Shown: piece after piece, positions 40,905 through 49,839 of the stretch | How positions within the stretch are numbered: position 1 is the first letter of the stretch | How the letters are laid out: every line of letters starts with the position of its first letter | From: an uncultured Candidatus Saccharibacteria bacterium | GTDB lineage: Bacteria; Patescibacteriota; Saccharimonadia; Saccharimonadales; UBA4665 | Direction: 5' to 3' | Assembly (NCBI GenBank): GCA_964610985.1 | Contig: CAZSZJ010000003.1 | Span: 143 to 64,142 of the forward strand | Length of the DNA stretch: 64,000 nt | The notes under the pieces: generated by a model | Told to the model about the DNA's origin: nothing | Seen by the model: only the letters and a program-made list of their open reading frames with translations | Database searches by the model: none | Position numbers and translations under genes: made by a program

Positions 40905-41864
40905 TTATTTACTATCTATAGTCAATTTAGGTGCGAGCGCAAAACTTCCAACCTGAAAGGCCTGACTAGGCGAAACATCATAACGCCAAGTCATGGCAGG
41001 ACACACATGATCAAATGCCTCATCAATATGACCGATAATCGGCTTTTGCATCATTAATATTTTTTTGTCATCAACGAATTCGACCATAGTGTCGGCAAAA
41101 TGTACGGTGCCATTATCTCTTACAAGTCGACGCAAATGGTCGATGTGGCCAAATTGCAGGCTAGCATTTTGATCGTCAAGCGCCAAAACCAGAGCTGCCG
41201 CCTCGCCGTCTGGATTCATTTCGAATTGTCTGCCGAATTTTCCAGCACTGAGAGGACCAAGATGCATAATAGGGAGGGAGGCCAGCTGTGACATGAGAAG
41301 CTGTGAGCACACAAATGAAAACTTTTCGCCTAAATCCAACCGATTCTTAGTTACATCTATTTCACGTACCATCGCTGCAGCTTGTTGTACAAAATGCTGA
41401 TAGCTAGTTGTCGTAGCAGCTTGTCCGAACGCCCTATCAAAATCTTTGGCAACACCAGAGATGTCAGCCCTTACAAGACTGACTTTGCCCAATAAATCGA
41501 AAGGCAAGGCATTAAGAGCAAGTTCAGTCTGGCTTATGTCGGCGTCAACGAGCACCGTTTTATCGAACTCCGATACTATGTCGATAAGAGGAATGTCTCC
41601 GCAACCACCAGCCCCAAGAATAAGAGCATTCCGCTCCTCACCAGTAACTGACCGCGCTAAAGCCACCTGGGCCGTGGCATATATGTTTTCATGACTATAA
41701 TCCAGATGATCAGCCTGAAAGTTATTTGCGTAAAGTAACCTATCCGCTGCAATCGCCGCGTTCATTGAGCCATAGGCTGAATGTAGAACCGGCGAGAAGC
41801 CTTCTGCCGAAGGTTCAACTCGGTTCGACAAGAGATGCTTATTGGGACTGTTGGGTTCAGTCAT
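40905..41864 (-). CDS. putative class I SAM-dependent methyltransferase-like Rossmann protein (divergent)
   Basis: ALILGAGGCGDIPL (motif I-like), TVLVDADIS (acidic end of beta-2), VSLVRADISG (motif III-like). 319 aa. No close family recognised. Confidence 0.45.
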   Translation of the reverse strand: MTEPNSPNKHLLSNRVEPSAEGFSPVLHSAYGSMNAAIAADRLLYANNFQADHLDYSHENIYATAQVALARSVTGEERNALILGAGGCGDIPLIDIVSEFDKTVLVDADISQTELALNALPFDLLGKVSLVRADISGVAKDFDRAFGQAATTTSYQHFVQQAAAMVREIDVTKNRLDLGEKFSFVCSQLLMSQLASLPIMHLGPLSAGKFGRQFEMNPDGEAAALVLALDDQNASLQFGHIDHLRRLVRDNGTVHFADTMVEFVDDKKILMMQKPIIGHIDEAFDHVCPAMTWRYDVSPSQAFQVGSFALAPKLTIDSK

Positions 41865-41943
41865 ATCAGCTGATAACTATACCATATTGACGGTAGTTAG
41901 CAATTCCTGACGTTCTCTGAGTCTCCGAACGGCGTAAGTCTAT

Positions 41944-43287
41944 CTATTCGTAGCGGTACATGTCGGCTACATATTTGTCATCGAAGTTACGCCGGTCCCA
42001 ATCGTATACCGAAGACAGGACCGCACCGCCCAATAGTTGGCCTTCTTTTAGCGGTTGCTTATAGAAATCGGCGAACGCTTTTTGGTATGCCACCGCATAC
42101 TGGAAGGTCCATAATTGTCCGGAAGATGTCTTGATCGTGATTTTGTCGTCCTGGATCTTAACAATCTTACCCTCAATGTTGCGCCATTGGTATTGACGTG
42201 TTTCTGCAGTCGGAACAGCAACACCTTCTCCGGTGGGCATCATGTTTGGATTGCCATGCATCTGCCCTTTATGTTGCCCGGGATAAATGTTCCCCGCGTA
42301 AAAGCTTTGTCCACTTTTGTCATCCCTAAAGGCATTGGGGCATGTATCCGCACCATTGCCCATACAAACCTGTGCCCAGGCACCTAATCCGAACTCAGAA
42401 ATATCCATTTGGGAAATTTCATCCTGCTGTTGCTGGTCCGCCTTAGTATTAATCGGGCCTTTGGTCGCGGTCGCCTCTTTAATTGCTTCGTAAGGGTGCG
42501 AAAGCGCGAAGACCGAAAAGAGATCTACCGGCGCGGGCCTCTGTCCAGAATGCTGGATATGGCGCAAATAATCATCTTGGTATACTGCCACCAGTTTGCC
42601 CACAGCATCCGCCTGGATTTCGGCCTTTTTACCTTCTTTGTAGTAGTAGAATTCGGCACGCGGAATGGTAATGTGTTGATCGATGTCCTGCGAAGTTTCG
42701 TATTTGCTGCGGCCCATAGAATAGGTCAGATGCAGCACGACATTTTCGCCCGTAACCTGTTCGACTGTTCCGATACGCGGTGCTATAAAGTCGACACGGA
42801 ACGGATCGGTTATATACTCCACGCCATCTTTGGGTACGGTGTAGGCATTAGCAGCATGAAAGTGCAGCAGGTCTATCATGTTGATTTCGGCAAAGGCCGA
42901 AACCGCTATGTCGCTGTAGGAACGCTTTGAGCCATAAGTAAACTCGCGCGGTTTTTGTCCGTTTGGCGTCTGGTACGTAACTTTGACTTCGTTGCCGATG
43001 ACGATTCGTTTAATGAGTGAGAGCGGGTTCGTTCCTTTGGCATAGGCATAGCCGCTAAAACCGAGCATTGCGGCCACCGCCAAAACGAGCGATAGGGCAA
43101 CGGCGCGGCGCGGAGCGGAGCGCCATGTGATACTACGGATACTTTGCCAGATGCTTGGCTTTTCGTAGGCCAATTTGTGTTCGTCCCCCAACCTTATGGC
43201 ATTCAAAACCGACGTAGTGAAGAGGCTATACGTTTTGTGTTCCGGTCGCGATACCACCAGATACGCCTCTAATTCATGCTCATTCAT
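41944..43287 (-). CDS. putative anti-sigma factor, single TM, large extracytoplasmic domain
   Basis: ATGA overlap with the ECF sigma stop. Short cytoplasmic N-terminus, a TM (AVALSLVLAVAAMLGFSGYAYA) and about 360 aa outside. The role is inferred from position and topology. Confidence 0.6.
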   Translation of the reverse strand: MNEHELEAYLVVSRPEHKTYSLFTTSVLNAIRLGDEHKLAYEKPSIWQSIRSITWRSAPRRAVALSLVLAVAAMLGFSGYAYAKGTNPLSLIKRIVIGNEVKVTYQTPNGQKPREFTYGSKRSYSDIAVSAFAEINMIDLLHFHAANAYTVPKDGVEYITDPFRVDFIAPRIGTVEQVTGENVVLHLTYSMGRSKYETSQDIDQHITIPRAEFYYYKEGKKAEIQADAVGKLVAVYQDDYLRHIQHSGQRPAPVDLFSVFALSHPYEAIKEATATKGPINTKADQQQQDEISQMDISEFGLGAWAQVCMGNGADTCPNAFRDDKSGQSFYAGNIYPGQHKGQMHGNPNMMPTGEGVAVPTAETRQYQWRNIEGKIVKIQDDKITIKTSSGQLWTFQYAVAYQKAFADFYKQPLKEGQLLGGAVLSSVYDWDRRNFDDKYVADMYRYE

Positions 43288-43808
43288 GACAGCTTGCTCC
43301 TGAGCTGCTGTTTGGCACGGCGCATCCAGCTTTTTACGGTATTTATGGGTACGTCCATTTCGTCAGCGATTGCCTGGTAACTGAGGCCGTCCCAGTAATA
43401 CGCCTCGATGGTGCGACGCTGTTCGGGCGGCATTAGGTCAAGCACGGCTTTCCGCACTTCGTGGATCGTTTCGTCATGCATCAGGGCGGCGTCGAGCGCC
43501 CCCGCACCCTCCACATCTTCCATATCGCTCGGCACTGCCCGCTTCCCGGCCTTCAGGATATCAAGCACCATATTAGTCGCAATACGGTACAGCCAGGTCG
43601 AATACCGAGCCTTGCCGCCATCAAAATCTTTTAGTTTTTCGTATGCTTTAATGAATGCGCGCTGGGCAACGTCTTCCGCTTCGTCGCGGTCGCCAAGCAA
43701 CCGGTCGCAGTGAATGACAAGGCCCACACGATAGCGCTCGACGAGCTGGCCATATTTGTCCAGGTCGCCGGCACATATCTGTTTGATTGTTTCTGCTTCG
43801 TTGTTCAT
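43284..43808 (-). CDS. ECF-type RNA polymerase sigma-70 factor
   Basis: Region 2 (YRVGLVIHCDRLLGDRDEAEDVAQRAFIKAYEKL ... STWLYRIATN) and region 4 HTH (LSYQAIADEMDVPINTVKSWMRRAKQQL). The ORF-track start at 43814 is GTG; ATG at 43808 was chosen. Confidence 0.9.
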   Translation of the reverse strand: MNNEAETIKQICAGDLDKYGQLVERYRVGLVIHCDRLLGDRDEAEDVAQRAFIKAYEKLKDFDGGKARYSTWLYRIATNMVLDILKAGKRAVPSDMEDVEGAGALDAALMHDETIHEVRKAVLDLMPPEQRRTIEAYYWDGLSYQAIADEMDVPINTVKSWMRRAKQQLRSKLS

Positions 43809-43862
43809 ATCCACTATACGATTGAACCGCTGATTTGTTGCAGGACTATTGCAGTAACCCGT

Positions 43863-44567
43863 CTAGAGCCTTGGCAAAATCGAAGTCTCATAAGGAACTC
43901 CAGCCGCGTCCAATCGCTTCCCAAGACGCGGCGAATGAGCGGATCCTGTAGCCAATAAAAGGATAGGCCGAGCATCACCGGTTGGGTCAACCTCCCGACC
44001 AGGAGCCGGCTTCGTCATCTCTATAGCCGCGTCACCAAGAGCTGCCAGCATTCTAGTATTCCGGTAAAACAGACCCTTCTCTTTTCGTACATCGGGATCA
44101 AGCCGCTGCCAAAAATCCTGCATCGTTACCCATGTTTCCACGGTAGTGTCCGCCCGGCGCACGGGTATGCCGCGCAGCATAGTATGCGCCGCTACATACA
44201 CCAAATTATTAATGCGACGTTCCTCGCGGCTCTTTTCCAAAAACACGGCAATCGTGTCCCGGAAGTCTTGGGACATATCGGCGACAGGTGTTTCAGGTAT
44301 ATTGGCAGGAACTATGCTAGTCAGCGTTAGCTCTTCGTCTTGAGGTCGTGCAAATCCCGTAGGTTCGACCACTAAAACATCGCCATGTTCTGCACGCAGA
44401 TGGCTTGCGGCAGTCAAAAGGCCAGCGTAGTCCTCGTCCTCGCACTGTCGTACATACGGCAGACCGTCAATAAACTCTGTAATCCCATGCGTGACACCGA
44501 AGAGTCGCAGATCAACGGCCTGTAAGGCATCGACGCGCTCGGGTGTGAGTGGAATGTTTCTATTCAT
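43863..44567 (-). CDS. hypothetical protein (234 aa)
   Basis: ATG preceded by AAAGGAGA (7-nt spacing) and an extended -10 element. No family recognised. Confidence 0.6.
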   Translation of the reverse strand: MNRNIPLTPERVDALQAVDLRLFGVTHGITEFIDGLPYVRQCEDEDYAGLLTAASHLRAEHGDVLVVEPTGFARPQDEELTLTSIVPANIPETPVADMSQDFRDTIAVFLEKSREERRINNLVYVAAHTMLRGIPVRRADTTVETWVTMQDFWQRLDPDVRKEKGLFYRNTRMLAALGDAAIEMTKPAPGREVDPTGDARPILLLATGSAHSPRLGKRLDAAGVPYETSILPRL

Positions 44568-44593
44568 AGGTTTTTGTCTCCTTTAAAGAATCG

Positions 44594-44602
44594 ATTGTAC
44601 CA
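44594..44602 (-). promoter_or_regulatory. putative extended -10 promoter element (TGgTACAAT)
   Basis: The minus strand reads TTTTTTGGTACAATCGATTCTTTAAAGGAGACAAAAACCTATG. That is TGnTACAAT followed by a strong SD and the ATG of the 234-aa gene. Confidence 0.4.
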
Positions 44603-44628
44603 AAAAAGCCCCTATTGTGCTGGGGGCC
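44602..44628 (-). terminator. intrinsic terminator downstream of the 363-aa gene
   Basis: The minus strand reads GCCCC-agcacaata-GGGGC-TTTTTTGG, 25 nt after the stop at 44653. Confidence 0.6.
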
Positions 44629-44652
44629 TTAAAAGAGTTTGATTGCTTAAGC

Positions 44653-45744
44653 CTAAACCCGTTGCAGGCGTTGCCGCTGCTCATAGTACTCACTGAGGCC
44701 AAAAGTAGCCAGCTGGCTCAAGTCGTCGGCTATGAATATAGGCAGCTCGGGGAAATCGCTGAGTAAACGGTTGAGATGAGCCTTCGCAAGTGTCCGCGTC
44801 CGGTTGGTCTGAGATGTCGGCCCGCTCGGATGATCCTCAATAAAAATCCCGAGAGACTGCCCGGCAATGTAGGCGTGCATCATGAAGGGCCCAAGTTCGG
44901 CCAGAGCGCCAAAACTATCGGTTTCACCAGTGATCGCGATCAACTGCACAGCGTCATTCATTTTGTGCGTTAGCTCTTCTGCGGGGTCCCAATTCTTGCT
45001 ATAACCAGCCTTTACGGGGACACCCCTACCCCTAACCGTACTCTCAACTTCGTTCATCCATTCAGGCATGACGGGGCCGCAGGTTCCAGACAGATTAACA
45101 ACAGGCGCAAGGTCTCTACGGCGGGGCGGAAGTACACGTTCGATCCGCGGGACCATACCACTCTCTTGTTGGACGAGCCTATCCCGAAATCGGACTGCGG
45201 CTATGTGGGAAAGGGAGCTAACACTATCTGCCATTGTAAAAAGAGGGTACCGGGCTGCGGTAGCCGAGAGGATATTCTTGCCCAGTTGGCGGGCGCGTCT
45301 GGTCTTTTGTGGAGAACGTTCGTCTGCCGCCATGTAGACTATGGCGTCCTGGCCACGCAGCACACCACCAAACGCGGCAAAACCGGCCTCCATTATGCTA
45401 GCCGGACTTTCCGTCTGATTGGTAACAGCCACTGCAACAACGTGGTCACGGGCCAAATGGATGCTCTCTATTTCGGCGTCTTCCGGCTTCCACTCCTCAA
45501 CTTCGGGATTAAAAACCGAATCCGGTTCAATACCATACCCCTCAAGGATGGGAAATAGTTCTGCGTGTCGCCAAGAAATATAGTCTGGAGACTTGGGATT
45601 GCCGCAGGTGCCAAATGCCCCTAGTTTTAGAATTCCTTGATCACCTAAACCAGGGCCCAATACACGCGTGGCGTTTTCTGCTAATGGCTGCCACGCGAGG
45701 ATGGGGTCATATTCGGGACCGCCACAATTTCTTCCGGACATCAT
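44653..45744 (-). CDS. protein with two tandem nucleoside 2-deoxyribosyltransferase-like Rossmann modules (tentative)
   Basis: The internal duplication is visible by eye. Copy 1: LGAFGTCGNP...W...NPEVEEW...EIESIHLARDHVVAVAVTNQTESPASIMEAGFAA. Copy 2: NLSGTCGPV...W...NWDPAEELTHKMNDAVQLIAITGETDSFGALAELGPFM. The pattern G(S/T)C ... W ... E..H...D.v...i...t.S..s..ElG resembles the 'Nuc_deoxyri_tr2'-type family. Confidence 0.5.
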   Translation of the reverse strand: MMSGRNCGGPEYDPILAWQPLAENATRVLGPGLGDQGILKLGAFGTCGNPKSPDYISWRHAELFPILEGYGIEPDSVFNPEVEEWKPEDAEIESIHLARDHVVAVAVTNQTESPASIMEAGFAAFGGVLRGQDAIVYMAADERSPQKTRRARQLGKNILSATAARYPLFTMADSVSSLSHIAAVRFRDRLVQQESGMVPRIERVLPPRRRDLAPVVNLSGTCGPVMPEWMNEVESTVRGRGVPVKAGYSKNWDPAEELTHKMNDAVQLIAITGETDSFGALAELGPFMMHAYIAGQSLGIFIEDHPSGPTSQTNRTRTLAKAHLNRLLSDFPELPIFIADDLSQLATFGLSEYYEQRQRLQRV

Positions 45745-45844
45745 TGAACCTCGTCTTTAATTTTCAGTATTTAATTTGAATTTAAATATTTTATACTAAA
45801 ATGCTCATCTTACAAAGATATGACTTAGTGAGATTCTGTTTTTT

Positions 45845-47143
45845 ATGATTCACGAAAAGATTCCCCAAACAATTCTTGTACCGAATAAAGTAGTGCAGGA
45901 AGCTTTATCCGATCAGCATGCTGCTGCTCCTTTTGATATCGACCCTGCCCATTTCACACTGGCTGCCGTCCCTGAGAAGAATGATGATAGAGACCAAACG
46001 CCAAGCCGTTTAGGCAAAATAGTTGCTCTTGCAACCGGCGTTGCTACCACAGGGTACCTATTCTTGGCTGGGACGGGTGAAGCAAATGCTGCTCATGCCG
46101 AGACGGTCACCGCGCAAACGGCAGAGCAAAACACACCACTCGTTTACGGCACCCTAATCGTCGGCGCGGCCGGTATAGCTGCATCTACCGCCGTTAGCGC
46201 CGTATCACGGTGGAGGCAAACTCGAGAAAATGCCGATAAAGAATTCAATGCAACGGTTGCAAATATGATAGCGAATATCAAGAACGATTCTGGACGAGTT
46301 CGCGTGCTACCACTTGTGGCTCTGCATAATTATGCCGAACAAAAAAGATTCGCACCCCTTGTACATAGAGCAATGGCAGGATATTTACGCGACCGCAGGG
46401 CTGACCTCGAGGAATTATGGGAAAAGCATGGTGAGGATAGAGAGTCATTTGAGCGCGACCTTGTCAAAAGGCGTTACGCCGACAGAGAGGCTTTTCTAAT
46501 ATATATGAAAACCTTGCCCAGCGTGCGTAAAAAGGTGCGCGGACCGGACATTAAAGGGCGCGTAAAGCGCGCGGTCGGAGCCGATGAACTATACGAGATA
46601 GAAAAGATAACCGACACATTACCAACCGAGCAAAAGGCACGCATAAGTGCACCAGGAATTAACCTTGATTACATGCGAGGCATACATCGCGTCGACCTCC
46701 ACGGCATGGATCTTACCGGGGCCGGCTTGCAACATAGTCTATTTACGAATGTGAGTTTTAGGGATGCCAGCCTCGTAGAAGCACAGCTTGAAGGGTCGAT
46801 GCTCAAAAACTGTAGCCTCATAGATACCGATGCCCGTGCCGCCTACTGGGATGGCGCCCTAATAACGAGATGCATAATAAATAAAAATACGAAACTCGGT
46901 AATCTTCCCAAAAAGCACGCGAAGGCTACGCATAGCATCCTTGACCCCGAAAGACCCGACGATTTCCGTGGTAATCCTCGAGTAATCCTACAAGACCTCA
47001 TCCCCGCCGAAGGCATGACTCACAAAGAATTTATCGATACGATACACGCATGGCAACAAAACGGACTGGAATTGCTCGAAGGAAGCGAAGAAGAGTACTT
47101 TTATAGGCCTGACGCTGAACCCCAAAAAGAGCCTGCTTCATAA
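45845..47143 (+). CDS. membrane protein with C-terminal pentapeptide repeats
   Basis: Two hydrophobic helices (IVALATGVATTGYLFLAG; LVYGTLIVGAAGIAASTAVSAV), a charged helical middle, then a pentapeptide-repeat run DLHGMDLTGAGLQHSLFTNVSFRDASLVEAQLEGSMLKNCSLIDTDARAAYWDGALITRC. Confidence 0.7.
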   Translation: MIHEKIPQTILVPNKVVQEALSDQHAAAPFDIDPAHFTLAAVPEKNDDRDQTPSRLGKIVALATGVATTGYLFLAGTGEANAAHAETVTAQTAEQNTPLVYGTLIVGAAGIAASTAVSAVSRWRQTRENADKEFNATVANMIANIKNDSGRVRVLPLVALHNYAEQKRFAPLVHRAMAGYLRDRRADLEELWEKHGEDRESFERDLVKRRYADREAFLIYMKTLPSVRKKVRGPDIKGRVKRAVGADELYEIEKITDTLPTEQKARISAPGINLDYMRGIHRVDLHGMDLTGAGLQHSLFTNVSFRDASLVEAQLEGSMLKNCSLIDTDARAAYWDGALITRCIINKNTKLGNLPKKHAKATHSILDPERPDDFRGNPRVILQDLIPAEGMTHKEFIDTIHAWQQNGLELLEGSEEEYFYRPDAEPQKEPAS

Positions 47144-47185
47144 TATTACCCTATATATCAACCATATCGACAGACGTATCAGTCT

Positions 47186-47953
47186 CTAGCTGAATAGTTG
47201 GACGACGGTTTCGTGCAGTTTGCTGTTGGTGGCAAGCAAAGTGGTTGTGCTCGGATTAACGGGTTTGCCGTCAAGCTGTGTAACCGTTCCGCCCGCTTCC
47301 TCGATAATGACTTTCATGGCGGCGATATCCCAGAGCTTGGTGTCCGCTTCGATCATGATGTCGAGCTTGCCCTGAGCCAATAGATGATAGCTCCAGAAGT
47401 CGCCTATGCCCCTGGCCCACTTCGCATTTTCGGCAAGCGACAACAGCGCCTGAATATTCCCGTGCTTGGTGAAATATTTGAGAGAACCAAAGCTCAGATA
47501 GCTGTCCTGCACCGAATCGACGGCCGACACCGAAATACGCATGTCATTTAGAAAACAACCCTGCCCTTTTTCGGCATATACCAGCTCGCCCATCAGCGGC
47601 GCATTTGAAACGCCAAGCACAAATTCGCCGTCATGAAGCAGCGCCAGTTGCGTGGCAAACAAAGGATTGCGCCGCAGATAGCTCTTGGTCCCATCGATAG
47701 GATCGATAATCCAAGTGTAGCCTTTGTGATTATTCAGATCCACTTTTTCACCCTCTTCGCCGTAAAAAGTGTGGTCGGGAAATTTACTCAAAATCACATT
47801 TTTGATGGTTTCTTCTGCCTCACGGTCAGCAATGGTAACCGGGGACTGATCTTCTTTAAGCTCGCTGCGGATATCTTGGTCCAGGTAATTGCGTATTACC
47901 TTTTCGGCTTCTTTGACAGCTTGCAGGGCTATGGCTAATAGGTCGGACTTCAT
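47186..47953 (-). CDS. inositol monophosphatase-family phosphatase (SuhB/HisN-like)
   Basis: FYGEEG, WIIDPIDGTKSY and WDIAAMKVIIEEAGG motifs. 255 aa. Confidence 0.9.
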   Translation of the reverse strand: MKSDLLAIALQAVKEAEKVIRNYLDQDIRSELKEDQSPVTIADREAEETIKNVILSKFPDHTFYGEEGEKVDLNNHKGYTWIIDPIDGTKSYLRRNPLFATQLALLHDGEFVLGVSNAPLMGELVYAEKGQGCFLNDMRISVSAVDSVQDSYLSFGSLKYFTKHGNIQALLSLAENAKWARGIGDFWSYHLLAQGKLDIMIEADTKLWDIAAMKVIIEEAGGTVTQLDGKPVNPSTTTLLATNSKLHETVVQLFS

Positions 47954-48035
47954 GGCCCTATCATAGCAAGCATGTCAGCCAGCCACCAGGCCTCAATGTT
48001 TGATATGCAGCGGTAGACATGACATAATAATCGAG

Positions 48036-48479
48036 ATGAATACCCCCTGTTATGCTGAGATCCGTCAGATACAAACCTACGAAGACCCTCTTTTTGCTTG
48101 TGCCAAGCGATTGAATGACACCACCCATGCCTATCTACTAGACTGGCTCGATCTCCCCCATCAGAGCTATGTAGCCTTGGATCCTGATACGCCAGAAAAA
48201 GTGATAGGCGTGATTCAAGTCGAGGATTTTAGCATCGCTAGACATCATAAGTACGGTGACGCTTACATTTCCAGACTCGCCGTAGACAGCGGCTTTAGAC
48301 GTATGGGCGTAGGCTCACTACTTGTTGCCCATACGGTACAGATAGCCAGAGAAGCCGGTCTGGAACTCATGTCCACGATAGCATTAAGCCCTACCGCTCA
48401 AGCATTTTTTGAAAAACAAGGTTTTTTGCGTATGTCTCACTTGGGACGAAAAGGCTTCACGCGGTATCACGAATTATGA
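48036..48479 (+). CDS. GNAT family N-acetyltransferase
   Basis: ISRLAVDSGFRRMGVGSLLVAHTVQIAREAGL (the R-x-x-G-x-G acetyl-CoA motif) and FFEKQGF. The ORF-track start at 48000 is TTG; ATG at 48036 was chosen. Confidence 0.8.
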   Translation: MNTPCYAEIRQIQTYEDPLFACAKRLNDTTHAYLLDWLDLPHQSYVALDPDTPEKVIGVIQVEDFSIARHHKYGDAYISRLAVDSGFRRMGVGSLLVAHTVQIAREAGLELMSTIALSPTAQAFFEKQGFLRMSHLGRKGFTRYHEL

Positions 48480-48558
48480 ACATCGCTTTCCCTAACGAGC
48501 TGGCCTTCAGTAGTAGTGCCGTTATACTATGAGATATCATCTGCAAAAAGGAGCACAC

Positions 48559-49308
48559 ATGAAACTGGAAGGCAAAGTAGCGATTATTACTGGTTCAGCT
48601 GCGAATATTGGCAAAGCAATCGCCGTATTGTTTGCAAAAGAAGGCGCCAAGGTCGTCGTAAATACCAAGAAAAATGCTACTGCCGGTCAGGCCGTCGCAG
48701 ACGAGATAACAAAAACGGGCGGTGAGGCCATTTTTGTGCAAGCCGACCTAGCCCAGCAGGGTGAAGTCGATAAGCTGTTTGCCACGACCATTGACGCTTT
48801 CGGCGCCGTGGATATCCTTGTAAACAACGCGGGCGCAGCTAACGGCAAACCGTTTCTGGACACAACCAAAGAAGACTGGGTGCGCGAATTCGATGACAAC
48901 TTTTTTGACATGGTACTGTGTTCGCAGGCGGCAGCCAAAATCATGAAAGAAAAAGGCAGCGGCGTCATCCTAAACACGACATCGATCAGGGGCATCGAGC
49001 ACACCGGCCGCGAAGGAATCATGCCCTATTCGGCGGCCAAAGCGGCGGCCATCAGCTTTACCAAAACTCTCGCCAAGGAACTTGCGCCCACCATCAGGGT
49101 CAATGCCGTAGCCCCGGGATTTGTGATAACGCCAAATTATGACAAAACCCCACAAGAAACTAAGGATCAGTTCATAGACGGCACGCTCATCAAGCGCTGG
49201 ATACAGCCACAGGAAATAGCTGAGGCATTCTTGTACTTGGCCACAGCCCAAGCCGTCACGGGCGAAAATCTGGTAGTCGACGGTGGCTTTACGCTAAAAG
49301 TAGGGTAA
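48559..49308 (+). CDS. short-chain dehydrogenase/reductase (FabG-like)
   Basis: ATG at 48559 follows AAAGGAG. TGSAANIGKA (TGxxxxxG), NNAG, and YSAAKAA (YxxxK). Confidence 0.9.
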   Translation: MKLEGKVAIITGSAANIGKAIAVLFAKEGAKVVVNTKKNATAGQAVADEITKTGGEAIFVQADLAQQGEVDKLFATTIDAFGAVDILVNNAGAANGKPFLDTTKEDWVREFDDNFFDMVLCSQAAAKIMKEKGSGVILNTTSIRGIEHTGREGIMPYSAAKAAAISFTKTLAKELAPTIRVNAVAPGFVITPNYDKTPQETKDQFIDGTLIKRWIQPQEIAEAFLYLATAQAVTGENLVVDGGFTLKVG

Positions 49309-49311
49309 TTT

Positions 49312-49836
49312 TTACGGCAATTCTGCAAGTAACTTATTTGCACGGCGGACGACTGATTTAGATTTGTGTTTTTGTTGTATTTTGAGCAATGAAACTACTT
49401 CATCTGTTGTAACTGAGCCATCTTTCGCAAATTGCACCAAGGTGTCCATGGCATTCGCTGAGACGATCCAGTCGACTCCCGTAGAGGACACTAAATGTTT
49501 GAGCCAGCTTATTGCGTTTAGTTTCTGGATAGGAGATAAGTCAACCTGACTATATATCTGCGCCAAATGCCACTGTATTGACGGCTGGCTGCTTGCGGCC
49601 AAGTCTTTCTGTAGTTTATTTACGTATGGCAATAGCCAGTCAGGATGTTTGCGACAGATCTTTTCGAGCGCGTCCGCGGCACGCATTCTTACCCATGCGT
49701 CTTCACTGGACAGACAGGGATACAGCTCATTCAGCCGACCTTTTTCGTTTAATACCAGACCAATTACCTCATTTGCCCTACCGAGTGAGTTAGACTTACC
49801 ACCGACTGCCAGTATCTCCGCAAAACTTTCGGCCAT
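49312..49836 (-). CDS. DNA alkylation repair protein-like HEAT-repeat protein (tentative)
   Basis: 174 aa, all-helical, with repeats such as EDAWVRMRAADALEKICRKHPDWLLPYV and SIQWHLAQIYSQV resembling the AlkD-like 'DNA alkylation repair enzyme' family. Confidence 0.5.
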   Translation of the reverse strand: MAESFAEILAVGGKSNSLGRANEVIGLVLNEKGRLNELYPCLSSEDAWVRMRAADALEKICRKHPDWLLPYVNKLQKDLAASSQPSIQWHLAQIYSQVDLSPIQKLNAISWLKHLVSSTGVDWIVSANAMDTLVQFAKDGSVTTDEVVSLLKIQQKHKSKSVVRRANKLLAELP

Positions 49837-49839
49837 ATT

